A stretch of 64,000 bases of DNA, taken from assembly GCF_018350175.1 (NCBI RefSeq), contig NC_058368.1, positions 69,070,001 through 69,134,000 of the forward strand, given 5' to 3'. Below, piece by piece: positions 1 to 13,162 of the stretch. Every line of letters begins with the position of its first letter. Position 1 is the first letter of the stretch. The translations under genes were made by a program, and so were the position numbers. This stretch comes from Felis catus. Lineage: Eukaryota. The notes beneath the pieces were generated by a model that was not told the DNA's origin, did no database searches, and was given only the letters and a program-made list of their open reading frames with translations.

Positions 1-7
1 AAGATTG

Positions 8-112
8 TGCGCCTGGGTGGCTCCATTGGTTAACCGTCCGACTTGGGCTCAGGTCATGATCTCAGGTTGGTGGGTTCGAACCTCGCGTCAGGCTCTGAGC
101 TAACATACACAC

Positions 113-150
<38 letters not shown>
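8..150 (+). mobile_element. Truncated Can-SINE ending in (CT)n
   Basis: Head gcgcctgggtggctc...ggctcaggtcatgatctc...ggttcgaacc, then directly a (CT)n run with no A-tail. Confidence 0.85.
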
Positions 151-154
<4 letters not shown>

Positions 155-252
155 GTCACTCAACTGAAACCCCCTTTTGCCTCATTAAGATACCAACTAC
201 TCACTCATTTTACGTATCTACTTAACATCATCCAAGCAGAGAGCAAAGATCT

Positions 253-890
253 GTGTAGATGCTCCCTTAATGGACCTTCACTTAACCAGCTGGCGAGATA
301 ATCCCCACTCTCCAAGTTCACCTCTCTGAGTTAAACAGACTGACTGATACCCAACACCTTAAGTGTTCAGATCTAGTATGGTTCTCTCTGGTATGCGTAA
401 ATACTTCTGCCGTCACCAGCTAATTATATGTTAATCAAGATACGTGGTTTTTATTTCCCAGCCTATTTATGTACCTCATAATGCAATTACATAATGTAAA
501 AAAATATTACAAAAATCCATAAAAGATGTATAAAAAGTGTAAAAATGAGTGAATTGTTTCTGTACATTCTGAGTTGAATGATGTAGAAAAATCTGAGTTG
601 AAAAGAAGCTTGCTATTAAATTTGGTGTGGCTGAAAGAGAGTAGCAGACTAAGAATAATCCTTCACTCTGGAAGATTAATCTACTCAGTTTGATTTCTAA
701 GTATTTTTCACTCTTGCTTCTACTTTAAAGAAACTGAACTAGAAAATACAGGCAATGCAAGACGAATGTAAGTTACAACAAGAAACTCCAACATATAGAA
801 TCAAACTTAAATAAAGATTCATGGCCCTCCATGAAGAGACTGGGAAAGGAATCCACACTTACATATCTCGAGTTAAAATAAAATTAATGG
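253..890 (+). mobile_element. Tigger15a-like DNA transposon fossil (TcMar-Tigger)
   Basis: Recognised diverged blocks (cacttaaccagc, ctgccgtcaccag, ctactttaaagaaactgaact, gttaaaataaaat); from memory of the consensus. Confidence 0.7.
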
Positions 891-897
891 AAATCTC

Positions 898-1340
898 TAC
901 TTCTGGCCAAGATGGATGAACAGGAACTTCAGAAAACTGAACAAAATATATGGAATAAAGGCTTTTTTTCAAGACACTGGACATCAGGAAACCAAAGGAA
1001 ATCATCTCAAAGACACAAGAAACAAAATGGGTGCCCCCTGGCATTGCCCCACCTAATTGCCCTGTGAGAGATTCCAGACCACAGTCTAAGAAGGGGAACC
1101 CAGGCAGAGCCATGGGGTTCCCTGGATAGAGGAAACAGAGCTAAGGTTCAGGGAGTCAAGAGTTTGCAGGTCAGAATTTGGAGAGTAGAGAGCTACACGC
1201 AGAAAACCGCAGAAAACTGAGGATCCATGAAGAAACCTCAAGAATTCAGCTGAGTACAGAGCCGAGCACATATGTGGGCAAAACCTAAGACTGGGGGAAA
1301 GCCACCAGAAAGAATCGAGTGCCTGTTTCTACCGGTCAGA
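898..1340 (+). mobile_element. Ancient L1M 5'-end fragment
   Basis: acttctggccaagatgg start and ttttcaagacactggacatcagg, typical of old L1MC/MD 5' ends. Confidence 0.6.
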
Positions 1341-1557
1341 CTGGTTACCTTTGGCTTTTATAGCGGGAGGTAAGACCAACTCTCACAAAGGGGCCTTCCG
1401 CCCAATAGGACGGAGGTTTACTTGATGGGCAGCTAAACAGTGACAAATGTCCACTACAATGATTGACTATGTGGGGTTTTTTCAGTCTTCAAATCTAATC
1501 TTAATCTGCTGTCTTTTTTTATGGCCCACAGAAACTCTCTGATGAGGATTACAACTC

Positions 1558-1558
1558 T

Positions 1559-1630
<72 letters not shown>

Positions 1631-1631
1631 T
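1558..1631. repeat. (TTTC)n microsatellite at SINE tail
   Basis: Perfect TTTC array seen directly. Confidence 0.97.
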
Positions 1632-1832
1632 TAAGTTTTATTTATTTATTTTGAGAGACAGCATGAGCAGAGGAGGGGCAGAGAAAGAGGAAGAGAGAGA
1701 GAGAATCCAAAGCAGGCTCCACACTGTCAGTGCAGATCCTGATGCAGGGCTCAAACTCACAAACCATGAGATTATGACCTGAGCCAAAATCAAGAGTCGA
1801 CGCTTAACTAACTGAGCCACCTAGGTGCCCCC
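1632..1832 (-). mobile_element. Can-SINE
   Basis: Reverse-complement head ggggcacctaggtggctcagttagttaag, CT-rich region and A-rich tail. Confidence 0.95.
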
Positions 1833-1850
1833 AAATTCTTCTTTCTTGCC

Positions 1851-2070
1851 CACGTATTTGTTTGATTTCTCTTTCTGAGATGCTATTTTTTGCATTTTTC
1901 CTGCTCTGAAAATGCTATGTCTTACAATCAACGAAAATTAGGGATTCATCCATGAAAAATTGACATCTTACAATCAATTAAAATTAAACTTGTCAACTTT
2001 TTTTTTCTTAGAGATGCATAAAAAAGATAGATCTTACACATGATGGCATCTTGCATTCAATGAAATCTGG
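1851..2070 (+). mobile_element. MER104/Kanga-like (TcMar-Tc2) fossil
   Basis: Ends acgtattt... / ...gatggcatcttgcattcaatgaaatctgg and repeated tcttacaatc motif. Confidence 0.6.
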
Positions 2071-2207
2071 CGACATCTTTTCCCCCTATCATAAAACTTA
2101 GCACACTGAATTGTTTTTATCCTTCATTAGACTGTAAGCTCCACATAAGCCCTATTCACGGTATGCCCGTTGCCAAACTCAATGCTTTAGCATATGAAAG
2201 ATCCAAA

Positions 2208-2420
2208 CATCACAGGAATAAAAGACAAAGCATAAGGAATACACTCAATGATATAGTAATAGTGATGTACCAGGACAGATGGTAACCACACTGTGGTGAA
2301 CAAAGATAGCACAATGTATAAACTTGTTGAATCACTATGTTATACACCTGAAACTAACGTAATATTGTATGTCAACTCTACTCAAATAAAAACACACAAT
2401 AAAAAACAAAACAAAAGGAA
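2208..2420 (+). mobile_element. L1 3'-end fragment (L1MA/L1_Carn type)
   Basis: tgttgaatcactatgttatacacctgaaactaa...tgtatgtcaact followed by A-rich tail. Confidence 0.8.
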
Positions 2421-3829
2421 AAAGGCATACCTTTATTGAATGTGTAACTTGGTAAATGAGAACGAACCTGCCAAACAAATTTCTGTGTTCCATGGTTAAT
2501 GTTCCACAGGTCTCTAAGGTTGAACTATAGCGAGAAAAGTGTGTTCTTTCAATGCTTTCTGTCCCAGATGTCTGACTCGTTCACCAACAATGACTGAATT
2601 CTAACTAGGTCCCAAGCACTGTGCTAAGGGCCTGATACGAACAATCTCATTTGATCATCATAATTGTCCTCAGTGGTGACTGAGATTCAAGGAAGTTTAG
2701 TAAATTACCAAAGTCACACACATCTACAAGTTGAACACAAATGGTCTAACACTAGAATTTATGCTCTTAACTATTCTACTGTCAGACTGAATCCTATAGA
2801 CTCTACAATTCACAGACTCTCTTCAGAGTTAAATGTGGAAAGAGTCCCAAGTTGAGTCTAAACTGTATCCACCTTTGGATTCTGGCATCTTTGGAAGGCT
2901 GGGTGGATGTGTCCATCAGGCATTCTGTTCTATTTCACTGAGAGGCAGTCAATTCACCCCTCTGGGCATGCTTCCTTACCAACCTCAGGAGAAGGCTGGG
3001 CCAGATGGCCGAGTTACCCTTACCATTTGTCTAGCTCACAAATGCTGTGATTCTGCAAACACCGGTTTGTAAGTTCTGATACACACCTGGCCTTTAAAAC
3101 AGCTTTGCAGGGAGCTCGGCCAGAATGGGTCCTATATGACAATAGCAAACTTGTGTGGCTGTTGGACTCTGGAAATCATAGTGGTAAAGCAACAGGAAAA
3201 CTGAATGTACAAGGCACATGGAGACAATTGGGGTGCACCAGCAGGTTCAGGCAGCATGAGTAGGCTCCACTTTCGGAAGTTAATGAATGCCTCTTGCTGG
3301 GCATGTTTTTGGTCAAGCTAATTGCACATCTGGGAAAATCATTAGAGAACGTACATTTCTTAGCTCATATTCCTTCAGAGTGTTTACAAATGGATTTAGT
3401 AGCCACAGGTAAAATAACACCGAGAGCAACATTGTCACTGCTGAGTGCCTGAATAACATCTGGCTTAAACTTCCAGTGTCTCTTTAAATTTTCTTACATG
3501 AATCCATTGCGTTATTACTTTACAAAGTTGGGTGGGAAGCTGTTGTTCATTAGGTAGATATCACAAGACTCTCTGGGATCTGGGGCTGGCACAGGCTTCT
3601 CTCTATGCATTCGCTCTACATTTAATAAATAGCTAAGGTACCTTCCAGGACTCTGCCCACATCTCTCTTGCAGTATCCATCACTTGTCAGTCAAACTAGA
3701 CCATTCCATGCACCAAACACACCCTGGACTTTCCTGCCTCGTGGCTTTCCTTCTGCTCTGGCTCCTCCCTTACCCCTCATTTGTCTCAGCCCACCAAATC
3801 TTACCCACCTTTTAGAGCCATAAAGCTTT

Positions 3830-4830
3830 TACTACTCCCCAAAGTCATCTATACAATCAATGCAATTCTGATAAAAATCTTGAAAATGTTTCTTATGGAT
3901 ATTGATTCTGAAATTTAGATGAAGAGTATAAATCACCAAGACAATTGTAAAGAAGAACGAAGGGCCAGAACTGCCACATCATATATAAAGACATCACATA
4001 AAGCACATATAAACAGCAAGTGATTGGCTTAGGTCCAGATGAGCAAACCAATGCAAGAGAAAAGAAGGTCTAGAAACAGACCCATGCTTATATGGAAACT
4101 TGATACATGACAGAAATGCACTGCAGACCAAAGGGCTTCTTGTTTTAATAAATGATGGAGAGCTAAGGGATACAGGTGTGCTGTTTCGAAGGGGCACACA
4201 CACCCCAATGTTTATAGCAGCACTATCAACAACAACAAATGTCCATCGATAGATGAATGGATAAAGAAGATGTGGTGTATATATACAGTGGAGTATTACC
4301 CAGCAATCAAAAAGAATGAAATCTTGCCATTTGCAACTACGTGGATGGAACTGGAGGGTATTATGCTAAGTGAAATTAGTCAGAGAAAGACAAACATCTT
4401 ATGACTTCACTCATATGTGGAACTTAAGATACAAAGCAGATGAACATTAGGGAATGGAAGCAAAAATAATATAAAAACAGGGAGGGAAACAAAACATAAG
4501 AGACTCTTAAATACAGAGAACAAACTGAGGGTTGCTGGAGGGGTGGTGGGTGGGGGGATGGACTAAATGGGTAAGGGGCATTAAAGAAGACACTTGTTGG
4601 GAGGAGCACTGGGTGTTATACACAGGGGATGAATCACTGGAATCTACTCCTGAAATCATTATTGCACTATATGCTAACTAACTTGGATATAAATTAAAAA
4701 TTAATTAATTTAAAAAAATTATGGAGAGGTAATAGGAGACCTACATGGAAAAAACAAAATTAGATGTCTATCCCACCTATACACAAAATTCCACATCGAT
4801 TAAGACATAAACCTAAAACAAACATTTCAT
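3830..4830 (+). mobile_element. Old L1M ORF2 fragment, split by a younger L1 3' end
   Basis: ctactccccaaagtcatctatacaatcaatgcaatt resembles the L1 LPK.IY.FNAI region; resumes after 4728. Confidence 0.7.
4163..4715 (+). mobile_element. 5'-truncated carnivore L1 with TSD
   Basis: Aligns by eye to 46080-46620; TSD aaatgatggagag (4150-4162) / aaattatggagag (4716-4728). Confidence 0.92.
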
Positions 4831-4847
4831 TAAGAACCCACATGTTG

Positions 4848-5060
4848 AGGGAGGCCGGGTGGCTCAGTCAGTTGAGCGTCCAACTTTGGCTCAGGTCATG
4901 ATCTCACAGCTCGTGAGTTTGAGCCCCGCGTCGGGCTCTGTGCTGACAGCTCAGAGCCTGGAGCCTGCTTCAAATTCTGTGTCTCCCTCTCTCTCTGCCC
5001 CTTCCCTGCTCATGCTCTGTCTCTCTCCGTCTTAAAAATAAATAAAACATTAAAAAAAGA
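4848..5060 (+). mobile_element. Can-SINE (SINEC_Fc type)
   Basis: Complete element; perfect 16-bp TSD aagaacccacatgttg at 4832-4847 and 5061-5076. Confidence 0.97.
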
Positions 5061-5774
5061 AAGAACCCACATGTTGTTTTTTAATTCTCAAAACAACCAT
5101 AAGAAGTAAGTACTAGTAGCCCACTCTTAATAGAGAGTAAAGCTCAAATAAATTAAGTAATTTGTCCATAATCAGACAGCCAACAAGTGATTGGGTGACA
5201 ATTCCCAATTGTCTTCCTAAAGCTTTAATTTTGCCACTTTGCCTCTCCCTCTTCTAAATACTCCTTCAATTTTTTTTTTTCAAAAGTGGCTATGAGTAAG
5301 CGATTCTCTAGCTAGCTACCTCCCTACCCACTTTTGTCTTCTGTTTGTATATTTCTTGTCTGTTTATCTCCGTGAAGTCAGAGACCATGTCTTGCTTTGC
5401 GGCATTTCGGCCAGGGGCCTGACGTAGGATCGTAGCGATAGATCCTTCTGACATCTTAGTGATTATCATCCAAACACCAGACCTAAAGAGTTAGCAGATT
5501 TCTGGTCTTTATTGGTTTTTTTTCACTCCTACTTCCTATGCTAACACATGACTAACACCTTAGGAAGTGATTTGAAGAAATTACATTGGAAAATGCTGAT
5601 CCAGAGAAGTGTTTGAAGCAAAAGGTGGCCCACATGTCCACACTGACATAGCCAGGGGGACTGTGCTCCCGTGTGCCTGCTCAGCTCTCCCACACCCACC
5701 CTCCTCCCCACCAGACTTCCATCCAGGTCACACTGCAAAAGAGCTAGTTCACCTCTAACACCTTTTCTTTCTCG

Positions 5775-6060
5775 TATTAGCTGAGTTAGGTTTTGGCCAT
5801 GGCAATACAATTCAAATTAATAGTGATTTAAATGAAATAGAAGTTTATTTCTCTCACACAAAGCAGTCCGAACATAAACAATCCAGGAATGATCTATTGG
5901 CTATAGATATTGGGGATCCATGCTCCTTCTCTCTTGCCATCCTCAATATCAGCTTCTACCTCAAGGTCGAAGATGGCTGCTCCAGTTCCTGTCATCACAT
6001 TCACAGTCCAACCCCAGCATGAGAGTGAAAAATAATAGATTGACAGCAAGCAGCCACACG
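5775..6060 (-). mobile_element. Old MaLR (MLT1-type) LTR fragment
   Basis: atagaagtttatttctctcac and aagatggctgctccag motifs typical of old MLT1 elements. Confidence 0.5.
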
Positions 6061-6964
6061 CCCATTGAATTCTTGACGTTCTATTAATACAGTAAGGTAG
6101 GGAAATTGATATTCAAAAACAACTAATGCCTTGCCACATGTATTTTTGGAATTCATTCAGATTTAGGCAACCATGATTTTTTTTCAAGTGTGCCTGTTGT
6201 CATGCTTTCCTTCTCCGTCAGAGAAAAGGTCTCTCTTTGTCTAGCAGTTGAAGCACTCTTAATTTAAGGGAAATTCAGACACGTAAAGTAAAAATGGCAA
6301 TACCGCATGGTCAGTGTTATCAACATACAGAGGAAAAAACAGCTCATTTAGTCTGGTGGCTGTGGGATGGAGCGATCAGAAAGGTGTGACAGAGGAGCAA
6401 CATCTGCGCTAGGAGCCGACGGCAGTCCTGGTGAAAGAAACAGTTTATTCCAATCCCTGGAGGAATGAAAACATGGGGCGCGATTCATGAAACACGAGCG
6501 GTGCCCCTGCAGCTGGAGGGGAAGTATAAAGAGGGGAAGAGGGGGAGGTAAGGCTGGAAATGGAGGCTTGAAGTCACACCGTGAGGCATTGTGGGTCAAA
6601 CTACAAAAGTCCAGACTTCTCTTTTGTGGGTAGCAACAGTGGATATTCAAGGGGAGGGAAGGCGAGTTGGTAGAATATGATCCTTTCTTTGAGGCAGAAT
6701 GCACAGGACACTATAATTAGGGAGACCGGACACAGAGGAACAGTGTACAAATACATGTGGCATTGACTTTTGTCACCCAGACCTTGAATCCTCTTTGTAC
6801 AGTTGGGGACTCCTACGCCTTATAAACCCAAGCCCCACTTCCACTAAAGAAGTTGAAAAATGCCAGGTCCTTTCTCATCCTCCCTGCTGATATATTCGGG
6901 CTCGTGATCTATACTCAATCAGTTCCACCTGCCTCAGACTTCGACTTGAAAGACAGTAAGAGGG

Positions 6965-7070
6965 AGGGTGACCAGCTGTCCAGTTTGCTTGGGACTATTG
7001 TTTTAAAACCAAAAGTCCTGTATCCCGAAAAATTTCTCCATCCTGGTCAAACTGGGCTGACTGGTCACTC
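6965..7070 (+). mobile_element. MER94-like hAT-Blackjack MITE
   Basis: Terminal inverted repeats agggtgacca / tggtcactct; internal gggact...aaaagtcc. Confidence 0.75.
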
Positions 7071-8437
7071 TGGCGTGGACCACACAGAGAAGATAATGAG
7101 AACTTTCAGAGACACACAATGGCTCCAAAGCCATGGCAAGAGCCAAGGTGAGAACACACAGGGCCTGATCGACGGTAACAGCAGCAGGCTGGGGGGTAAA
7201 TCGGCTTCTGCTGCTAAGTACAAGGAATCAGCCCAAACTAATGATGTGTGATTCTATGGGGAAAGAGGAATGGTGGGGAGTCCAGAGCTGGATACAGTTG
7301 TGAAAGGTGCCATTTAATAGACAGACAGAAGGTTTGCTTACTCTTGGCCATGCTAAATTGAGAGTCTGTGGAAAACATCTAAGGGAAGATTTTCACAGAC
7401 ATTTGTCCAGGTTTCTCTGGAGCCCAGAAGAGAGGTGGAGGAACAGAACATCTAGCAGAGTACCTGGAACATAGTCAATGAACGTTGTGTTGAGTACTAT
7501 TGCCTCTTGGGTCCCCCTCATCAGCCTATACAAAATATACGGTTGTGGCACGCAAAAGACACTCAGGAAGGATGTGATAGTTGAGCGATTCATTCCTTAG
7601 CTCAACATAGTAGAGAGATCCACCTTCAAACTACCTTTTTTACTTATTGTTTTACTTATTAGTTGTTAAATCCAGAAACCTTTTTAAAGGGAAAACGTTC
7701 TTCCGTTTGCCGGGTCCCATTTTAATTTCTAACTATTAAGATGTATCCATTTCATGAATCAAATAAATGTGGGTAGCTTCACGATCTTGTATAAATTCTA
7801 ATTCAAATAAAAATTCCTATATTTTACATATTCAAAAACGTTACTTTCCCTAAAGACAAGAATCATGTTACAAAGAACTACACTGAAACAATATTATTCT
7901 TAAAACTGAGTCAAGAAGAGAAGAAATCAGAGTAAAGAAAGCTGAGTTTTTCATTATTAATTATTATCATTATTACTATTAGCATTGGTAGTTTGGGAGA
8001 AATTGCTCAGAGGACAACAAAGGTAAGCATAGAATTGGGCATAGGATACATTTTCTCTTTATTACTCCATTTTTATAAGCAAAGACCACTGGGGAGAAAA
8101 ACTAGTCTATTATTGGTATGGAAAAAAAAGTGAATAAAATCAATGGAGGGTTTTTCTAAATTAAAAAAAAGCAGTAAATTTAATAGCTGTCATTTATTAT
8201 GTACCCAAGACTCAGGTACTGTGTTAAACACACAGAGATTCAAACTTGCTCTAAGTTTTAAGTGTTACTGTTATACTATTTCTTTATTGTTATAAAATTC
8301 AGGAAATGCGAAGACACGGCAATGACAATTATAAGAAAGATGAAGGCAAAAAAAAAAAAAGGGCAAAAAGAGCAGATGAAAATTTCTAGTATGTTCCTCC
8401 ACACCTTGACCCAGTATCACACTTTCCCATGGCCCTG

Positions 8438-8511
8438 GATGATGATGATGGTGATGATGATGTTGGTGATGATGGTGATGATGGTGATGTTGGTGATGAT
8501 GGTGATGATGA
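8438..8511. repeat. Interrupted (GAT/GGT/GTT)n trinucleotide repeat
   Basis: Seen directly. Confidence 0.93.
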
Positions 8512-8616
8512 AGACTTTAGGAATGAACCTAGGAGGATAAGCATAAGGGGTAGGACACAGGCCATAGTCCTATGTCCCTAGCACCCTGTGTTCTCTTTTT
8601 AAAAGTAACCCACATA

Positions 8617-8843
8617 GGGGTACCTGGGTGGCTCAGTAGGTTAAGTGTCTGAGTTTGGCTTAGGTCATGATCTTGCAGTTTCTGAGTTCGAGCCCCTCCC
8701 CCAGTCAGGCTCTGTGCTGACAGCTCGGAGCCTGGAGCCTGCTTCCGATTCTGTGTCTCCCTCTCTCTCTGCCCCTTGCCCACTTGCACTGTCTCTGTCT
8801 CTCTCATAAATAAATAAACTTAAAAATTTTATTAAAAAAAAAA
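8617..8843 (+). mobile_element. Can-SINE
   Basis: ggggtacctgggtggctcag head, CT region, A-tail; no clear TSD. Confidence 0.95.
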
Positions 8844-9809
8844 GAGGAGAAAGGAAGGGAGACTAAGTCTGGGGTTCAGGGAAGAGAGGAGAGTGAAGAG
8901 GATGCTGGAAAGATAGGCACATCTGTCCCTTTGCCCTGTCCCTTGCATCCTGTTCTCAAAACTCTCATTCCACATCTTTATTCACAAAGGCGAAGGTGTG
9001 ACATTGAAATGGGGCAGAATGATTAGCTCTTAGTAATTTCTTTTTCTGAAGAGTCACTACTTTTTTTTCCTCCGTAGACAATCAGAATCCTGTGAACAGA
9101 GATAAGTAAACACCAAGAGGATGTCATGAACCCCCAAACGGCCCCTGAGCATTCTTAGACGTTTAATGCTGGGGAGAGCTGATTACCGCACCAAATGGCA
9201 AATGGGCATGCAGGTGGAACAGGCCAGTCCCAGTTCACACGGAGCCCCTGGGGTTTGCCCCCAGAAGCCCACCAGCTCTCCCTTGCAAACGGCATGAAGC
9301 GTGACGGTCCAGTGGTCCTACTGAACTGAGCCACAGAAATCTCAGTGGGCTCCCAGCCTGCTGATTACATGGTAACCACAGTGATGCAAATGTCACTGCT
9401 ATTTTCAGCAGCGTGCTAATGAATTATATTTAACTACATTAAAAAATAATGATTTGGAAAGGCTACAATTATGATATTTAAAATATAAATTGTACCCAAT
9501 GGATATTAAATGTGGGCTTTGCATTTTTCTGTGCATTAGGAGCCTGACAAATATTTTTTTACTCCTCTGAAAGCAAATGGGCAAACAGACTGATCAAATA
9601 GCTCACTCCAAGCAATTAAAACTTTCCATTACCATATGGAGGATGTATGAATTGTTCCAAAACACTTGTCTCTCATAAGGATGTGTTAACATCTGTCAAC
9701 CGGGATACAGGAGTCAAATAAGATGGCAGTGTAAGGATTAGGAAGTAATGGAAAACTGTTTTCCCAAGAAGGCAGAAAATGCCTCATTTATCCTGGAAAA
9801 GAAAGTCAT

Positions 9810-9930
9810 GAATATATATACTGTATGTACGTGTATGTATGTATATCTAAAATATGTATGTATTTTTATGTGAGCATATACACATACACACCCATAAACA
9901 TACATATATGTGTATATATGTATGTATTTG
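9810..9930. repeat. Degenerate (TA/TG/CA)n low-complexity tract
   Basis: Seen directly. Confidence 0.85.
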
Positions 9931-9982
9931 TGCAATATTCCCCATCTTATCTCAACAAAGACAGGTTTACCATCAAGATAAC

Positions 9983-10131
9983 TGTCTTAGCTTGTGTTGT
10001 AATAAAATACCACAAATTTGGGGCACCTGGGTAGTCTAGTCGGTTGAGTGTCTGACTGACTCTTGATTTTGGCTCAGGTCACGATCCCAGGGTCATGGGA
10101 TTGAGCCCCACCTCAGACTCCAAGTGTGGAG

Positions 10132-10179
<48 letters not shown>

Positions 10180-10593
10180 CCTCTCTCTCCCCTGCCCGTG
10201 TGCTCTCTCTCTTTCTCTAAAATAATAGTGTTTAAAAAATACCACTAATTGGGTATCTTAAACAACAAAGTTTTTTATTTCTCCCAGTTTTGGAGACTAG
10301 GAAGTCCAAGGTCAAGGTGCTGGTCAATTTGGTTACTGGTGAGAACTCTCATCCATGGTTTGTGGAAGGCTACCTTCTCACTGTGTTCTGGTGGTATGGA
10401 AGGTGGGGAGGAGGGCAGAGAGAGAGAAATCTTACTCTTCTTATAAGGTCAACAGTGCTATTGGATTAGGAACCTACCTTATGATCTCCCTTAACCTTGA
10501 TCACCTGCTAAAGGCCCCATCTCTAAATACAGTCACACTGGGATTTAGGGCTCCAACATATGAATTTTGAGGAGACACAATTCAATCCATGCA
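9983..10593 (-). mobile_element. MLT1A-type MaLR solo LTR (SINE-interrupted)
   Basis: TG...CA ends, perfect 5-bp TSD ataac (9978-9982, 10594-10598), typical ggaagtccaaggtcaaggtgc and ccatctctaaatacagtcacactgg. Confidence 0.88.
10020..10235 (+). mobile_element. Can-SINE inside MLT1 LTR
   Basis: TSD aaaataccacaaatt / aaaataccactaatt; long (CT)n. Confidence 0.95.
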
Positions 10594-11134
10594 ATAACGA
10601 AGCTTAAACTCCAAAGTTCTTTCTTGTACACTTCCTTCTTCAGTCTCTGACCTATATTTGTGTTTGTAGTTCTATATTTTTCCATAAGCATTAGGCCCCA
10701 CAAATCCTAGAACCTCTTTATAGCTCAGATCACAAAGTATTTAAAGGAGGTCTAGATATACATAAGAAATAAGTAAACCATGCACCAGGATTATGTTATC
10801 CTAGGCAATATTCAGAATATACCAAGACACTGAGTGGGGCTTTTCCTGTTATCCTAAAGCTATTATTAAGGCCCAGAGCTGAGAAAGAAATAGACCAAGT
10901 ATCCCACATGCTAAGCAAGATGGCATCAAACCTCAGCAGCAAGTAGCCCCCGACCAAAGGAGAAGCACCAGTTCATACCCAGCTTCTCCCACCACCACCT
11001 TCCCCAGGCAGCAAAGAGAGAAGACAGAGAGGAAGGGATCAGGTGCCACTATAGGTCATTTCCTCCCATGTGGAGAGGGGCTGATTTCCCTCTCTATAAC
11101 CAAGGGTTATGTGTTTCATTTCCCAGTTGGATTT

Positions 11135-11685
11135 TGTGATGGTTAATTTTGTGTCAACATGGCAAGATTGTGGCATCCAGTTGTTTAGACAAACACCATG
11201 GATGCTACTGTGAAGGTTTAGATGCAATTGGCATTTAAATCAGTTGACTTTGAATAAAGCAGATTACCCTCCATAATGTGGGTGGGCCTTATCTAATCAG
11301 CTGAAGGCATTAAGGAAACAGACTGAGGATCCCTGAACAGGAAGGAATTCTGCCTCCAGATGGCCTTCAGATGACAACATCACATCTTTCCTGGCTCTCC
11401 AACCTGCTGGTCTGCCCTACACATTTCAGACTTGCCAGCCTCCACAATCACATAAACCAATTCCTTAAAATATATCTCTCTCTCCCAATCCCTCTCTCTT
11501 TCTCACTCCCTCTCTCTCTCTCCATATATCTAAAACAAATATATAATTATATACATACATCTTACATATAAACATATAATTTAAATATGTAACTAAATAT
11601 TTAAATATATAATTATATAACATACATAAGATATAATTTTCTACACATTCTACTGGTTCCATTTCTCTGGATGAACCTTAATACA
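11135..11685 (+). mobile_element. MLT2 (ERVL) solo LTR
   Basis: tgtgatggttaatttt...gtcaac start, gattaccctccataatgtgggtgggcc core, ...taataca end; TSD gattt/gatat. Confidence 0.88.
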
Positions 11686-13094
11686 GATATAAGTTCAGCC
11701 GGCACAGGTACTGGTCTGACACCTGAACAGGAGAAAGGAGAATTAGAGGGGCAGATATGGGGGATGTGGAGGGAACAGTTATTGGGGTACCTTCTGCATC
11801 CCCACCTTCTGTGTGTCAGGAATATGTTTTGTGAGTTTCCCTTCAGTCAAGGGGTACTCTAGAAGATACCTGGGCTTCCACCATCTTGCCCAGCCCCACA
11901 GAACCTGACCACACCTGTGCCTCAGGACAGAGCCAGCCTACGGATGCCTGCCAGACAGAGGACCAGGCCCCATGAGCGGGAGAAATCACAGCAACCAACC
12001 AAGAAGAAGTCCACACCACTTCCAGTTAAATAAGGACCACCCGCCCTTCCCCTTCCACTCTCCTACCATATACCTTGGAGGAACTAAGGGGAAGTTGGGT
12101 TGACCAGCACGACATACGGCCCCTGCCCCATCCCCATGCTAACGGCTGTCCAGCTGTCTAGTGTCAGCCTGTGCTGCCCATTAGAATCACCTGGATGCTA
12201 AGAAAAACTACTACCACTCAAGCCCCAGCCCCAAATCTCTCAGAATGGGAGAAATTCAAAAGCTCCCAGTTGCAGCCAGGGCTGAGAACCATCTTTCCTG
12301 TGAGCGCCACAGACAAACTAACCCCTTCTAAGATGACGGGAGCAAGGCAGTTCGGAGGCTGGATGCCTTAGAGTGAACAAGAGTATGTCCGAAATCCCAG
12401 AAGTAGGCTGTTCTCTCTGTTGTGAACAGAGAGTTATGAAATCCAGCTACCATGTTATCACAGGACTCATTACCCAATAGAATACTATCTTTGGGCTGAA
12501 GTTTATTGGCAAAAATTAAGCTGAGAAGGGAGGTTTTGTGTGCACACCCTAAGGAGCTGAGACCTCTCTGCAAACAAGTTCCAAAGGCATCACTTACTAT
12601 ACTGGCCCAGGCCTCGGGCTGTGCCATTCATTCTACAAATGTTCTTCTAGAAATCCAATCGCCAGAGAGTTTGGTTCCTGTTAGGCGAGCAGGATTAGAA
12701 ATCCAAAATTACGTTAGGCTTACTCAAGCCAGAAATTCACATTTTCTCCAAAGCCCGCACCTTTCTCCCCACTGGAGGCGGGGAACCTAAGAAGCAGAGC
12801 AAATCTGGGCTCAGGCCCATTCCTTCCCTCTCTCCCTCTCCCTCTCTGTCTCCTGCCCCTGCTCCTCACATCTTCACACCATGCAATGAGAGGAGGTTCA
12901 CCATATGTCCATTTTTTTTTTCCCTCTGCTCACTTGGAAACGGGATGCATGGCGTGGTGGTCCTTGGTGTTTTGCCATTTTGTTCTGCCGACCGCCCCAC
13001 CTTCAGATTCAGACACAGAGAAGATGGTCAGGGACGGAGAAAAGGATGATGTGTCTTTGCATTTTCTTCCCTCATTTCACCCTCCTGGCTTTTT

Positions 13095-13113
13095 AAAAAT
13101 GTTTTTCTTTATT

Positions 13114-13162
<49 letters not shown>

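Noticed and set aside
8..100. tRNA-like A/B boxes in SINE heads
   Set aside because: tRNA-derived SINE promoters, not tRNA genes; they continue into SINE body and tail
8262..8540. ORF with poly-Met/Val stretch
   Set aside because: Caused by the (GAT)n repeat; no splice or homology support
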